Shown: positions 9,310 to 19,165, counted from the stretch's first letter. The stretch is DNA of 57,320 bases from a virus (IMGVR_UViG_3300042981_000082:1-57320); one strand, 5' to 3'. A program made the numbers and translations. Notes: generated by a model from the sequence alone, not told the origin.

Positions 9310-9456
9310 CTACTGTGCTCGCCATGTGCCATGCACCCGTAGGGCAGCGGCTTTGGCTTCAAGCTCAGTGCTGTATGTCTTGGTCGAGCCATCAGGCGAT
9401 TTTACGACGTAGGTCGTCCTGGTGCCGTTCGACTTGTTGCCACATGCGCAGGCCAT
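9310..9456 (-). CDS. Small 48 aa protein MACACGNK...TYVVKSPDGSTKTYSTELEAKAAA (missed by ORF track)
   Basis: ATG 2 nt after the protease stop, open to TAG 9310-9312; similar small CxC proteins follow the protease gene in related phages. Confidence 0.75.
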   Translation of the reverse strand: MACACGNKSNGTRTTYVVKSPDGSTKTYSTELEAKAAALRVHGTWRAQ

Positions 9457-9458
9457 CG

Positions 9459-12095
9459 TTACTCCTCGATCTTGATTCTCTGTCGCACCGCAGCGATGCG
9501 ACGGTCGCGCAGCGCCTTCTTGGCGGGAGCGACGGCAGCCAGGCGCTCCTCGCGCTTGGTCTGGTGGATGTACTCGGCGACCGCGTTGCGGCTGATCGCG
9601 GCCACCCGCTCGTCATCGTTCAGCTTCTGGTAGCTGGATGCCACCATGGAATCGACCATACCGGCAGCCACCAGCGAGATCTGCACCCCGCCGGATGCGG
9701 CCAGGGAGTTGACCGGGATGGGGAAGCCGCCCGAATTGACAACCAGTGCGGCGATCAGTTCCATCGATCCGCCCATCCGCCGCCAGTCACCGGAGAGCCG
9801 ACCCGATGCGCGCAAGTCATGGATCTGCTCTGGCGTCGCCTTGGGTCGCATCGCACCGGCGATCCAGATGCCGAACTCGTCCTCGCCGATAGCCACGTCG
9901 GCCACGGCGGAGCCGGTGTTGTCATAGTGGCTGGCCGCTGCCATGCCGACCATGTCTCCAGGGGCATGTCCCGTGCCCATGGTGATCTGACCGACCCGAA
10001 CGTCTCCTGCATCTGTGCGCACGGTGCCCGTGGCGAAGTATGCGTAATTCGTCGCTGAGTGCGGAGCCGTGCGGCAGATGCCAGGAATCCCGATGTGGCA
10101 CACCCCCCATGCCGCTACGTGGCCGGTGATCCGTCCGTCATCGTCGATTGTGATACCGGTCGGGCCGGAGAACTTGGGGTCCTGGAACCAGGTGGAATCC
10201 AGCACCGGGGCAGCAGCGGACGCCACCAGGGACAGGGCCGGGGCAGTCTCGGTGGAGTGGTGACCCTTGCGGCCACCTGCCTCCTGGCCGGGCCAGACGC
10301 CGATGGCTTCCTTGTGCATGTTCGCGCACAGGCCTGCCAGCCATTCCGGGTTTTGCACGTACTTGGCAAGCTGCTTGCGGCAGCGGTTGAAGTCGCCGGG
10401 GACGCCCCAGCGAATCTTGGCCGCACCCTTGCCGCGAGTCCAGTACCGGCGCAGCCGCTCGGTGGCGCGTGGGTTCGTGATCCAGCCGGGACCGTCGTGC
10501 GTGCCGGGGGCGAACGCCGATGCGGTGATGGCCTCGGGCGGCTCCTCGCCCAGCGTCTTGTACGCGGTGCGCAACGATGCCTTGGCCTTGCTGATCTGCT
10601 CCGGCGAGGCGTCGGTCTGGTTCAGTCGTGCAGCAGCTGCATGGACCCCGGCGCGGGAGAGCTTGCCGGAGGGCGTCTTGATCGGCAGCTTGTTGTCGCT
10701 CTTGACCCGTGAGTCACCGTTGGTGTGGATGATCGTGGCGTTGTACCACTGGTCGTTGTCGTACTTGCCAGCCGAGCCATCCCAGGCACCCTCGTCGATC
10801 TCGGCCAGCTGGTTCTCGAAGTCGAAGTTGGCTCGCCAGGCGTCGTCACCCTCAAGCTCCTCAACCGGCCAGTTGGCAAGCTCGTCGAGGATCTCCGCCA
10901 GCGCCTCCTCGGTCACCGTGTCCTGGTTGCAGCCGCACGCGGCCAGCGCCTGGTCATCCTCGAAGTCGGGGCCGAGCGCGATGTAGGCCTCCTGGAATGC
11001 CGGGATGGACACGATGGTGGCACCGGCAATCCTTGCCTTGGAGAACACGGTCAACTCTGGGCCGAAGATCAAGTCGGCCAAGTCGGCCTCGTCATCCCCG
11101 CTCGGCTCCTCCTGAACCTGGATCTCGATATCATCCACGTCCACCGACAGGCCGCGATAGATGCCCTCGGTGATTCCGGCGATCACGTCCTGGGCTTCCG
11201 GCACGGACTGGGAGAACACGCCGCGCGCACGCCACATGCCATCCTCGCCGCGCCAGGCCTCGTCCATCCGGGCGACTACGACGGAGCCGCCATGGCCCTC
11301 GGATGAGGTGCGCTGGAAGCTGATCGGCAACGGCATCTCGCGCGTCGAAAGAGCGCCAACGGCAAACTGTCGGCCATCGCCGGTTGGCACGCCCTCCGGG
11401 GCGAGTACGGCGTGCCAGGGCACCTCTACGGCGTCATCTACCAGGTCCTCGTTCTCGTCGGCTGGGGCGTCATCGACGTGGATGCCATCGCCCTCTTCCT
11501 CGATGTTTGGATCCTCTTGTGTCGGCGCTGCCGCCGTGATTGCGCTCATTGCCTTCACCTTTCCACCAGCCACCAAGCAGCGGCAATTGATCCAGATATC
11601 CGGGGGGCCGACCGGCTCGCCCGGGAAGTGCAGATGGTATCCGCCTACCTCAAATGTGCCATTCACGGACACTACCTGTCCATCGGCCAGCACGTGTGTG
11701 TGGCGCACCGAGGCGTCGTGCATCGTTACCCAGCGCATGGTGCGCTGACCGGCGGCACGGTTGCCATGGAAGGTCGCCGCGTTGACGACGTAGGTGCCGA
11801 TCCACAGCGTCACCCGATCAACCTGCACTTCGTCGGGCGGGTTGGCCGGGGACGCCGTTTTGGCAAGCGAGGCGCGCAGGTCGTCCTGGAAGTCGGCGAG
11901 GACCTTATCGGGGAATGCATCGGGAGCCTCGCCCTGGAAGATCTCAAGCCAGAGCACGGCGGCGGCTTCCACCACGTCGTCCCAGGTCTTGTCGTTGCCG
12001 AAGTCCTCCAGCGCCTTGCGCACGAACGGACGCATGTCCTCGTCGGCGGAGACCAGGCGCTTGTTGCGGGTGGCAGCGAACTCCTCGACATCCAT
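9459..12095 (-). CDS. MuF-like minor capsid / capsid maturation protease fusion
   Basis: N-terminal WVTMHDASVRHTH...FPGEP...INCRC (Mu gpF); LAPEGVPTGDGR...GLSVD...GATIVSIPAF protease-like region; C-terminal GHVAAWGVCHIG...LSGDWR domain. Confidence 0.82.
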   Translation of the reverse strand: MDVEEFAATRNKRLVSADEDMRPFVRKALEDFGNDKTWDDVVEAAAVLWLEIFQGEAPDAFPDKVLADFQDDLRASLAKTASPANPPDEVQVDRVTLWIGTYVVNAATFHGNRAAGQRTMRWVTMHDASVRHTHVLADGQVVSVNGTFEVGGYHLHFPGEPVGPPDIWINCRCLVAGGKVKAMSAITAAAPTQEDPNIEEEGDGIHVDDAPADENEDLVDDAVEVPWHAVLAPEGVPTGDGRQFAVGALSTREMPLPISFQRTSSEGHGGSVVVARMDEAWRGEDGMWRARGVFSQSVPEAQDVIAGITEGIYRGLSVDVDDIEIQVQEEPSGDDEADLADLIFGPELTVFSKARIAGATIVSIPAFQEAYIALGPDFEDDQALAACGCNQDTVTEEALAEILDELANWPVEELEGDDAWRANFDFENQLAEIDEGAWDGSAGKYDNDQWYNATIIHTNGDSRVKSDNKLPIKTPSGKLSRAGVHAAAARLNQTDASPEQISKAKASLRTAYKTLGEEPPEAITASAFAPGTHDGPGWITNPRATERLRRYWTRGKGAAKIRWGVPGDFNRCRKQLAKYVQNPEWLAGLCANMHKEAIGVWPGQEAGGRKGHHSTETAPALSLVASAAAPVLDSTWFQDPKFSGPTGITIDDDGRITGHVAAWGVCHIGIPGICRTAPHSATNYAYFATGTVRTDAGDVRVGQITMGTGHAPGDMVGMAAASHYDNTGSAVADVAIGEDEFGIWIAGAMRPKATPEQIHDLRASGRLSGDWRRMGGSMELIAALVVNSGGFPIPVNSLAASGGVQISLVAAGMVDSMVASSYQKLNDDERVAAISRNAVAEYIHQTKREERLAAVAPAKKALRDRRIAAVRQRIKIEE

Positions 12096-13861
12096 TACGC
12101 TGGCTCCCTCACGGTGAGGTAGCTCACCATCAGTTCGCGGTTGTGCGGCTTGCGCGTGGCGATGAGCGCACGGGCGTAGCTATCCAGCGACTGGACCAGG
12201 TGATCGGATTGGACGCCGAAGTCTATGCGTTCGCATATTGACCAGGCCCCCTCCAGCAGGTCGTCGAGGTCCGCTGTCGGCACGGTCACCGACTGGTAGA
12301 GATCGATGGCCTCCACGCCATCGGGCATCACGAAGCCCTTGCGGTTCTTGATCCGATTGCCCACCCGCTCCAGCGCACGGAACACCACGGCCTCGGCGGC
12401 AGCGGCCTCGCTGTCCGGCAGGTCACGGCTCGGGTGCCCCAGGAGACTCGGAGTGGGGCGAGCCTCCTGGGTGTCGGGCTGAGTCTGTTGTGGGACGGCG
12501 GCGTCCGGCGGGTTCTCGATCTTCACGCCGAGCAGGCGCAGTGCCTCGGCAACCAGGTCCGGCGTTGTCGAGCCGGATGCCACCTTCTGGACGAACCAGG
12601 CGACGCGCTCCTTGTCGGTCATCGCATCCTGCGGGTCGAAGCCGTTCTCGCGCAGCATCGCCTCGGCGGACAACTGGCCACGGTCGTACAGTTCCTGGGC
12701 TTCCTTGGAACGGTTCGGGCGCAGACGCATCTTGGCGGTGTCTGCCTCGATGGTGAATTCGTGCCAGTTCGTGACGTTCTCGGCGCGCAGTGCCGATTGC
12801 AGATAGCCGGTGGTCAGCGCATTTGTGATGACCTCCAGCAATGGCTCGGTGTGGCTCTTGACCGATGCCTCATCCATCTGCCAGGCCGACCAGTGATTCA
12901 TGTCGCCGGAGCCTTCGAGCGCTTCCGGCGGCATGTCCATGCCCAGCGCCAGACGACGGATCGCCTCGTTGCGCAGCGGGATGGAGTTGGCGTCGAGGTC
13001 GCTCCAGAATTTGATGTGCGTGATCTTGTCCAGAAATTCGCCGGGAGCCTGGATCACGATGGGCACCAGGGCAGAGGCGTCCTCCCGATTGCCGATGGCA
13101 GTGGTCATGGCCTTCTGCAGTGTCTCCATGAAGGCGTCCGCGCCGGTCTTGGGTTGAGCGTTCTCGCCCTCGACGGCGGCAGCGGGACCGACGCCCATCG
13201 TCATCTCGCTGGGGACGGCCAAGATTCCAGCACCGGCCAGGCGCGAGTCGATCTCCGCCGCGATGCGCTTGGCTAGTCCGTCGATCTCGGCCAGCGTCGG
13301 CAGCACGGCACGCGAGGGGGAGTCCGCCTGGTCGCCACGCTCGGGATGCGGCTTCCACATGCGGATGATCAACGGCTTGCCGATGATGGCCTTCTTGCCG
13401 ATCTTGTAGACGCCAGCCTCGAAGCTCAGCTGTGTGGCTGCGACCACCCGCCAGTCGTCGGGATCGTTGTCGTTCGCGCCGGGGATACCGACCAGGTAGT
13501 TCTCCCCGGCCACGGTGAAGTGGATGCCCAGCTGGCGCAGCATCTCCGACTGACCCTCGGGTCCGCCGAACAGGTCCTGGAGCAGATCGAAAGCCGGTCC
13601 AGATGTGACCGGCTTGTTCTTGCCCTTCTGTGCGACGTAGAGCTTGGCTCGCGAGAGCAGGTTGCCGACCCAGTTACACGAATATCGGTACTCGCCGATG
13701 GTGTCGTACCAGCCCCAGGCGATGGCCTGCCACTCTTCGGGGCGGATCGGCTTGGGCTTTTTCGTGGCGGATGTGGCACCAGTGAGGTTGACCGCCGAGG
13801 CGACCATCGAGTTCGGCAGTGGCGAAAGTGTCTCGCTCTTGAATGACTGGTCTTTCGCCAC
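12095..13861 (-). CDS. Portal protein
   Basis: 588 aa between terminase and MuF/protease; EWQAIAWGWYD, IDSRLAGAGIL, RRLALGMDMPPE..NHWSAW motifs. Confidence 0.85.
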   Translation of the reverse strand: MAKDQSFKSETLSPLPNSMVASAVNLTGATSATKKPKPIRPEEWQAIAWGWYDTIGEYRYSCNWVGNLLSRAKLYVAQKGKNKPVTSGPAFDLLQDLFGGPEGQSEMLRQLGIHFTVAGENYLVGIPGANDNDPDDWRVVAATQLSFEAGVYKIGKKAIIGKPLIIRMWKPHPERGDQADSPSRAVLPTLAEIDGLAKRIAAEIDSRLAGAGILAVPSEMTMGVGPAAAVEGENAQPKTGADAFMETLQKAMTTAIGNREDASALVPIVIQAPGEFLDKITHIKFWSDLDANSIPLRNEAIRRLALGMDMPPEALEGSGDMNHWSAWQMDEASVKSHTEPLLEVITNALTTGYLQSALRAENVTNWHEFTIEADTAKMRLRPNRSKEAQELYDRGQLSAEAMLRENGFDPQDAMTDKERVAWFVQKVASGSTTPDLVAEALRLLGVKIENPPDAAVPQQTQPDTQEARPTPSLLGHPSRDLPDSEAAAAEAVVFRALERVGNRIKNRKGFVMPDGVEAIDLYQSVTVPTADLDDLLEGAWSICERIDFGVQSDHLVQSLDSYARALIATRKPHNRELMVSYLTVREPA

Positions 13862-13869
13862 CGTATCCC

Positions 13870-14223
13870 CTATTCTGAACCGGGCTCGTCACGGGCAATG
13901 ATAATGCTGCTGACGTAGGCGAGGGCTAGCCACCCCCAAAACAGCCACCAGATCACTGCAACCCATACGACGACCAACCCGAGGGCGAACCAGCCCAGGG
14001 CCACGAGCATGATCCAGGGTGTCGCGCACCAGAAGCAGTGCACGAGCTTGGACCATGAGCCGTCGTGCGTGATCTTATCCCACCAGATGCGCACGGCGAT
14101 GGAGGGCGGGAACACGTCGTAGGTCAGCACCCGGGAGAGCCGACCGACGCCGAACACCACCACGAGCACGGCAGCCACGATGAGCCAGGGACTGTCGAGG
14201 TAGTGCTGGATTGCTGCGGTCAT
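13870..14223 (-). CDS. DUF1360-like membrane protein
   Basis: RLSRVLTYD...LVHCFWCATPW pattern with TM segments. Confidence 0.7.
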   Translation of the reverse strand: MTAAIQHYLDSPWLIVAAVLVVVFGVGRLSRVLTYDVFPPSIAVRIWWDKITHDGSWSKLVHCFWCATPWIMLVALGWFALGLVVVWVAVIWWLFWGWLALAYVSSIIIARDEPGSE

Positions 14224-15641
14224 GCGATTCTCCTCCTGGGAATTGAGTTGACGGAGCGGGTGTGCTGCGTCCTGGGTATTGCTCGCCCGACCGGTGAGGC
14301 GATGGATGTCTCGCCCACCTCGCCTGCCAGTTCACCGATGGCCCACACGGTGGCGTCTACCCGGTTGGGGGAGTCGCCCTTGCCGGGGATCCAGGTGCAC
14401 ATCTCGTCCTCGATGTCGGCGCAGTTGCCGTAGTGCTTGACCTTCTGCTGCTCGTACAGGCCGACAACTGGCTCCGCGCGCAGCTTCTTGGACTTCTGCG
14501 CGGTCGCCACCTTGACCCGCGCGATGATCTTGCGTTCCTTCAGCGCGTTGTCGATGGTGGCCTTGACCATATCCCCGCCGTAGTTCTTCTCGGCCAGGAT
14601 GCAATCGGCCTCGTAGGACTCGTGCAGGTCGATGGCCTTGTTCGCCCAGTCGTTCGGGGTGTACTTGCCGGTTGCGTCGTGCAGCACGTAGTAGCACCCG
14701 CGATAGAGGCCGACGACCACGATGCCGGTCTCGTCGCTGCGCTTGTTCTTGGTGCCAGCCGGGTCGATTGCCACCACGATGCGCTCGCAGTCGTGCCAGT
14801 CGAAGCCGACCTCGGCCTTCTGGAACATCGTGTCATTCCACAGCGCGCCCTCGACATCGTTCAGCACCTGGCCCATCAGTTCCTGCTTGCCCTTGCGGGT
14901 GCCCTCGTACTTGTCGAGGATGTTCTGCCGGAACGTCGGGTCCAGGTTGTCCAGGTTGATGTAGGTGGGCACCGAGATGTGGATCGTCTTGCGATCCGCC
15001 TTGGTCGCCTTCACCCACTTGGATGGCACCGGCGTTGAGGTAGCCAGGATCTTCGCGCCGCCCGGCAGCCCCGGCAGACGCAGGCCGAAGAGCAGGTTGT
15101 CCCAGACCTCCTCGATCAGATCGAAGTGCGCCGGTTCGTCCGCCCAGGCCGCGCCGTGCTGGGGGCCGCGCAGGGTGTCCGGCTCCTCGGCGCTGTAGCC
15201 GAACGCCTTGGCACCGTTGCCGAAGGTGAATTCCTTCTTGGATGGCTGCCAGTCATAGTCAACCCCGGCGCGCTCGCACACCGCGATCAGACCAGACTCG
15301 CCCTCGACCATGGTGCCTCGCACGTCCGGGCCACGACGACCGATCAGCGCGATGCGCGGCACGTACTTGGTGATGGTGCGTACCCACTCGCTGCCGGTGC
15401 GGGTCTTGCCAGATCCGCGCCCAGACAGGATCAGCCAGGTGAGCCAGTCGATCTCGCGCGGGGGCCACTGGTCGCCGCGTGCGTGGGGATACTCGAATCC
15501 CTTGTGCGGCTTGCCATCGCAGATGCGACCGCGCGTGCAATACCAAGCCTTGCGCTCGGGGTTGGCACGGGCACGGGCAACCTCCAGCGCGCGCTTCTTA
15601 TCAGCGGCTGACCAGTTCGCGACATCAGCGACGCTCGTCAC
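14220..15641 (-). CDS. terL: Terminase large subunit
   Basis: Walker A GRGSGKT, LRGPQ...WADE Walker B, TSTP, nuclease VVAIDPAG...DETGIVV, EKNYGG, SPNRVDA. Confidence 0.95.
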   Translation of the reverse strand: MTSVADVANWSAADKKRALEVARARANPERKAWYCTRGRICDGKPHKGFEYPHARGDQWPPREIDWLTWLILSGRGSGKTRTGSEWVRTITKYVPRIALIGRRGPDVRGTMVEGESGLIAVCERAGVDYDWQPSKKEFTFGNGAKAFGYSAEEPDTLRGPQHGAAWADEPAHFDLIEEVWDNLLFGLRLPGLPGGAKILATSTPVPSKWVKATKADRKTIHISVPTYINLDNLDPTFRQNILDKYEGTRKGKQELMGQVLNDVEGALWNDTMFQKAEVGFDWHDCERIVVAIDPAGTKNKRSDETGIVVVGLYRGCYYVLHDATGKYTPNDWANKAIDLHESYEADCILAEKNYGGDMVKATIDNALKERKIIARVKVATAQKSKKLRAEPVVGLYEQQKVKHYGNCADIEDEMCTWIPGKGDSPNRVDATVWAIGELAGEVGETSIASPVGRAIPRTQHTRSVNSIPRRRIA

Positions 15642-15966
15642 GGTAGTCCTCCATCGAGATGATCTTCCACGGGCCGAAGTCGCCCAGTCCCGACTCCAAC
15701 TGGCGCTCCTGGCTGTTGGTCCCGAACCGGCACATCGGCGGTTCGTCCGCCATGACGGTGAACCAGTCCAGCCCGAGGTCGTAGGTCGCCACGGCCATCA
15801 GCGCGCGGCGCGTGTAGCTGGTCAGCGACATATCGCGCGCGCGGCACGCGGCCACGATGTTCGAATGCATGGACGTGGGGTAGTTCAGACCGATGGATCG
15901 CCGGGGAGGGCGCGTGTCCCGCTCGGCACTGACCTCATCGAGGATTCTCTGCTGCCAATCGAGCAT
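15625..15966 (-). CDS. Hypothetical protein, possible ribbon-helix-helix
   Basis: 113 aa in operon; AACRARDMSLTSYTRRAL resembles RHH helix 2. Confidence 0.55.
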   Translation of the reverse strand: MLDWQQRILDEVSAERDTRPPRRSIGLNYPTSMHSNIVAACRARDMSLTSYTRRALMAVATYDLGLDWFTVMADEPPMCRFGTNSQERQLESGLGDFGPWKIISMEDYRDERR

Positions 15967-15969
15967 TGC

Positions 15970-16578
15970 TTACGGCTCCTCGTCTGCCGGTCCCCAGGTG
16001 ACGCCATCCGGCGCCTGCTCCAGGGTGAAGATGTCGGCCTCCTCGACCTCGCCGCCCATCTCCTGGACGAATTTGTCCACCATCGCGTTGAATTCGTCCA
16101 CCGATGGGTTGGAGACCTCCATCTTGACCGGCGCATCCAGGCCCCAGAGCTTGGCCTTGCGGTCGATGATCGATACCGCCTGGCGAACGTAGGCCAGGTG
16201 CTCGGAATCGTTCTTATCCAGGGCGCGAGCGGCCACGGACTTCATCAGACCGTCCAGCTGGGCTGATGCGATGGCGCGCATCATCTTGTAGTCCACGTCC
16301 GAGTCGCCGGAGTCCGCGATGGCGCGCTCCACGGCGAGGCGAGCCGCCGCTGGCGAGGAGTATTCCTGCAATTGGGCGATCTCGGCGTATGTTGCACCGG
16401 CCAACTTGAGCTTGACCGCCGCCAGGGCCGATCGATCGCTGCGCTTCTTGACCTGGGCGGAGTCTTTGTCATCGCCGAGGTCGTTGACCACGTTCGGCTG
16501 GCCGTCATCGCGCACAGACTCCGTGGTGATCTTCTTTCCCTCGCGTCCGAAGGTGATCGTGTTCGCCATTATCGCCAT
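15970..16578 (-). CDS. Putative terminase small subunit (HTH)
   Basis: AVKLKLAGATYAEIA...AARLAVERA...IIDRKAKLWGLDAP pattern; upstream of terL. Confidence 0.7.
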   Translation of the reverse strand: MAIMANTITFGREGKKITTESVRDDGQPNVVNDLGDDKDSAQVKKRSDRSALAAVKLKLAGATYAEIAQLQEYSSPAAARLAVERAIADSGDSDVDYKMMRAIASAQLDGLMKSVAARALDKNDSEHLAYVRQAVSIIDRKAKLWGLDAPVKMEVSNPSVDEFNAMVDKFVQEMGGEVEEADIFTLEQAPDGVTWGPADEEP

Positions 16579-17219
16579 GCTCCGATCTCGAATCCGTCAA
16601 GCTCCATCTGGCCCACCCGTTTCAGGCCCAGTGCCTGGCGAATCCGGTTGTAGTCGGTCGAGGTGAATTCCCCGGTGCCGCCACGAGGCTCGATGGTGAT
16701 GGCTGTGCACGCATCGCCGTCCTCGGATCGCTCTGGATACACGTCATAGAGTTCATCCTTGGCGTGCGTGGCCTCCCCGGCTGGCTCCGCCTCGAAGTCG
16801 AGCCGCTCGTCGAGGGAATCCAGCAGGGTTTGTAGTTCGGCGGCGTCGAAGCCGGTTCCCAGCAGTCCCTCGTCGGACTCGCTGATGGCGTCCAGCAGCT
16901 GGGCGAGCCGTGTCGGGTCGTCAATTCCCAGCCGGGTGATCTTGTTGTCGGCCACCATGATGCGCTTGGCCTCGATGTCGTCCACATCCAGGAAGATCAC
17001 CGGGATGGATTCTTCACCAGCGGCCTTCATCACCTCCCAGCGGTGGTTCCCGGCCAGGATGTAGCCGGTCGAGGCCTGCACCAGCACCGGAGCGTAGAAG
17101 CCGGAGATCTCGATGGACTCCGTGAGGGCCTGGATGTCGGATTCGTTGGCGTTGTCGGGGTGTCGCTCGATCTCATCGATGGGGGAGGAGACGACTTGGA
17201 GATTTTCATGCACTCGCAT
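16569..17219 (-). CDS. ParB-like nuclease domain protein
   Basis: HPDNAN...SIEISGFYAPVLV...ILAGNHRW...ADNK (ParB N-terminal domain). Confidence 0.85.
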   Translation of the reverse strand: MRVHENLQVVSSPIDEIERHPDNANESDIQALTESIEISGFYAPVLVQASTGYILAGNHRWEVMKAAGEESIPVIFLDVDDIEAKRIMVADNKITRLGIDDPTRLAQLLDAISESDEGLLGTGFDAAELQTLLDSLDERLDFEAEPAGEATHAKDELYDVYPERSEDGDACTAITIEPRGGTGEFTSTDYNRIRQALGLKRVGQMELDGFEIGAWR

Positions 17220-17409
17220 CGGGTGAGCCTTTCGATTTTTGCGTTCCGAGCCGGTGTCCATCGGCTTTGACGAGGGAGCGGATGTAGGCCGAGCGGTCTG
17301 CGAAGCCGCGCAGCGCCCGTTGACGGTCCAGGCTTGCCTGTTCCGCCTTGGAGAACTTGGTTGTCACCGGCACGGTGCGCGCAACCGGTCCATCGGGTGG
17401 TCGTCCCAT
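17206..17409 (-). CDS. Ribbon-helix-helix DNA-binding protein
   Basis: MGRPP...VTTKFSKAEQASLD...RSAYIRSLV; TACGAT -10-like box 7 nt upstream (possibly leaderless). Confidence 0.65.
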   Translation of the reverse strand: MGRPPDGPVARTVPVTTKFSKAEQASLDRQRALRGFADRSAYIRSLVKADGHRLGTQKSKGSPDASA

Positions 17410-17442
17410 GGTCCGTATCGTAGTACGCAATCGGCAGGCATA

Positions 17443-17485
17443 GAAAAACCCCTGATCAGCAGGCATTTTCTGCAGATCAGGGGTT
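17443..17485 (-). terminator. Rho-independent terminator
   Basis: aacccctgatc/gatcaggggtt stem followed by a T tract on the minus strand. Confidence 0.75.
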
Positions 17486-17493
17486 CGTCGTCG

Positions 17494-17727
17494 TTACCTG
17501 AACGTGACCCGGTAGCGTCGATGGCCTCCGGTGGAGGCCACGAGGAGCCACCACCACCAGCCCACGGTCAGCCAGTAGAACATCGCCAGGCTGAATGCCA
17601 CCGGCCACCACAGCAGCACCGTCACCAGGCCCAATATCCAGTTGCTGGGCAGCCTAAACATCGCGCGCATACGCCACCTCACCCCCAAGCCCCGCGTATC
17701 CGGCGAGGTCGATCCAGTGATCGGCAT
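17494..17727 (-). CDS. Small Trp-rich membrane protein
   Basis: 77 aa ORF with hydrophobic WILGLVTVLLWWPVAFSLAMFYWL. Confidence 0.5.
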   Translation of the reverse strand: MPITGSTSPDTRGLGVRWRMRAMFRLPSNWILGLVTVLLWWPVAFSLAMFYWLTVGWWWWLLVASTGGHRRYRVTFR

Positions 17728-17986
17728 TCGTCGGCGAGTATGTGATCCGGGCGATCTTGAGCGCGGCCAGCATCAGTGGGACCTGCCACGGTTCGATCCT
17801 GAAGTCGATGATCGTGGACCATAGCTCGGCGGTCTTGCCGAAGGATTCGTGCGCCCCGCCATATTCGCTTTGACGTTGGCCGGAGATGATGGCTCCAGCC
17901 ATCTGGATGATCTGGTCCCGGTCCATCACTCGGACCATCTTGATGTCACCCTCTTGTGGGTCACCCTCTGTTGTTGTCTTAGCCAT
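17654..17986 (-). CDS. DUF6378-like protein
   Basis: IISGQRQSEYG...SF..TAELWS...VPLMLAALKIAR...DHWIDLAGYA. Confidence 0.8.
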   Translation of the reverse strand: MAKTTTEGDPQEGDIKMVRVMDRDQIIQMAGAIISGQRQSEYGGAHESFGKTAELWSTIIDFRIEPWQVPLMLAALKIARITYSPTNADHWIDLAGYAGLGGEVAYARDV

Positions 17987-18476
17987 TGTCGTTCTCTCCG
18001 TTTTCATAGTCTTCTTCTTCGGTTCCGATGATGTTCATCTCGCGCATCACCTTCAAGCGGAGGGGCAGTTCGCCCTTCCACAGGTAGAGCGGGTTGAGCC
18101 GGACCCTGCCGCGCCCGATCTTCACGACCACGCCAGAATCGACGATCCGTTTCACCGCTCGGGACGTGGCAACCGCCGCGTTGGGTCCCTCGGCCACCCC
18201 GATCTCCGCCAGCGTGTAGCGCACGATGCCCGTGTTGAACTCCGCGACATCGCACATCCGCAACAGGATCTTCCAGTCGTTGCCGTTCAGCCCCTGGAGA
18301 TCCTCTAGTCCTCTAGACCACATGAACATATATCCCCTTTGCCCACCCTTCCTGCCGTTTCGCCTGGGTTCCTCCCACTCGTGGGTCTGTATCTCGCCGG
18401 TTTCCCGGATGACGACCTGCTTGGTCTTGTGCACCATGACCGTCCGCCGAGGCTCCTGCATAGGCTCTCCATCCAT
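17979..18476 (-). CDS. RepL-like winged-HTH protein
   Basis: LNGNDWKILL...TLAEIG...TSRAVKRI...GVVVKIGRGRVRLNPLYLWKG resembles the RepL replication/maintenance family. Confidence 0.6.
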   Translation of the reverse strand: MDGEPMQEPRRTVMVHKTKQVVIRETGEIQTHEWEEPRRNGRKGGQRGYMFMWSRGLEDLQGLNGNDWKILLRMCDVAEFNTGIVRYTLAEIGVAEGPNAAVATSRAVKRIVDSGVVVKIGRGRVRLNPLYLWKGELPLRLKVMREMNIIGTEEEDYENGENDNG

Positions 18477-18479
18477 GCA

Positions 18480-18860
18480 CCCAATATGGGCCAGTTGTTA
18501 TCGGTTATTGCTATAAGTTTACGCTCATATTGATAGTATCTCCATTCGCAGTTTTTGTACGCTGACCGGGTGTTTTACCCCCATTTTTGAAATTCTCCTA
18601 TATCTATCAGAGGTATCTAAACGGCTATTTTCAGACCCGATTTACGGGGTTTCGTAGTCCCGGATTATTCCGTACTACGGAATGGTTGCGGGTGGTATCC
18701 ACGTGGTAGATCGGGCAGCGTATACAAGCCCCAGCCCCGTACCCGAATCGCTCGGGTGGGGGGCACAAGTCAAGCCCCCCTTTTTGGGGGTGTCCAGGTG
18801 GCTGGACGATCGTCCCGATGGGTGTACGTTGGTATCAATCGCACCACCCAACCGAAGGGA
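18480..18860. promoter_or_regulatory. Non-coding AT-rich divergence region between the two transcription arms
   Basis: Visibly A/T-rich at 18495-18680, no credible ORF, genes diverge on either side; G/C-run inverted repeats at 18730-18792. Confidence 0.65.
18802..18838 (+). promoter_or_regulatory. Putative early promoter
   Basis: CTGGAC-N17-TACGTT followed by GGTATCAA, which is also found at 20835. Confidence 0.5.
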
Positions 18861-18868
18861 TAGGCACC

Positions 18869-19165
18869 ATGGACATCACACCGGCGTACACTACCGTAGA
18901 AGGCGTGCACGAAGGGGGTCATTTCGGCCCCCGAATGTGCTTCATTCCCGCTTGCGAATGCGGAAATAACGACTTCGATTTGGACTATGCCGGATGCGCT
19001 AGCGATGGCACGTTCGACACCGACGCGATGGACTACTTCGCATGCCGCCTTTGTGGCCGTGTGATGGATGTCACGGACGGGTCCGTCGTGTTCCAATACG
19101 ACGTGGATGCCGCCGATGTTCGCGATGCGTTCAACGTCTACGGGCTTGAAATGGCGGGGATGTAA
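18869..19165 (+). CDS. Hypothetical Cys-containing protein
   Basis: CEC...CRLC, RBS upstream. Confidence 0.6.
   Translation: MDITPAYTTVEGVHEGGHFGPRMCFIPACECGNNDFDLDYAGCASDGTFDTDAMDYFACRLCGRVMDVTDGSVVFQYDVDAADVRDAFNVYGLEMAGM

Noticed and set aside
16569-17219. ParABS partition system
   Set aside because: Only a ParB N-terminal domain is present next to the terminase genes, a common arrangement; no ParA or parS array was seen.
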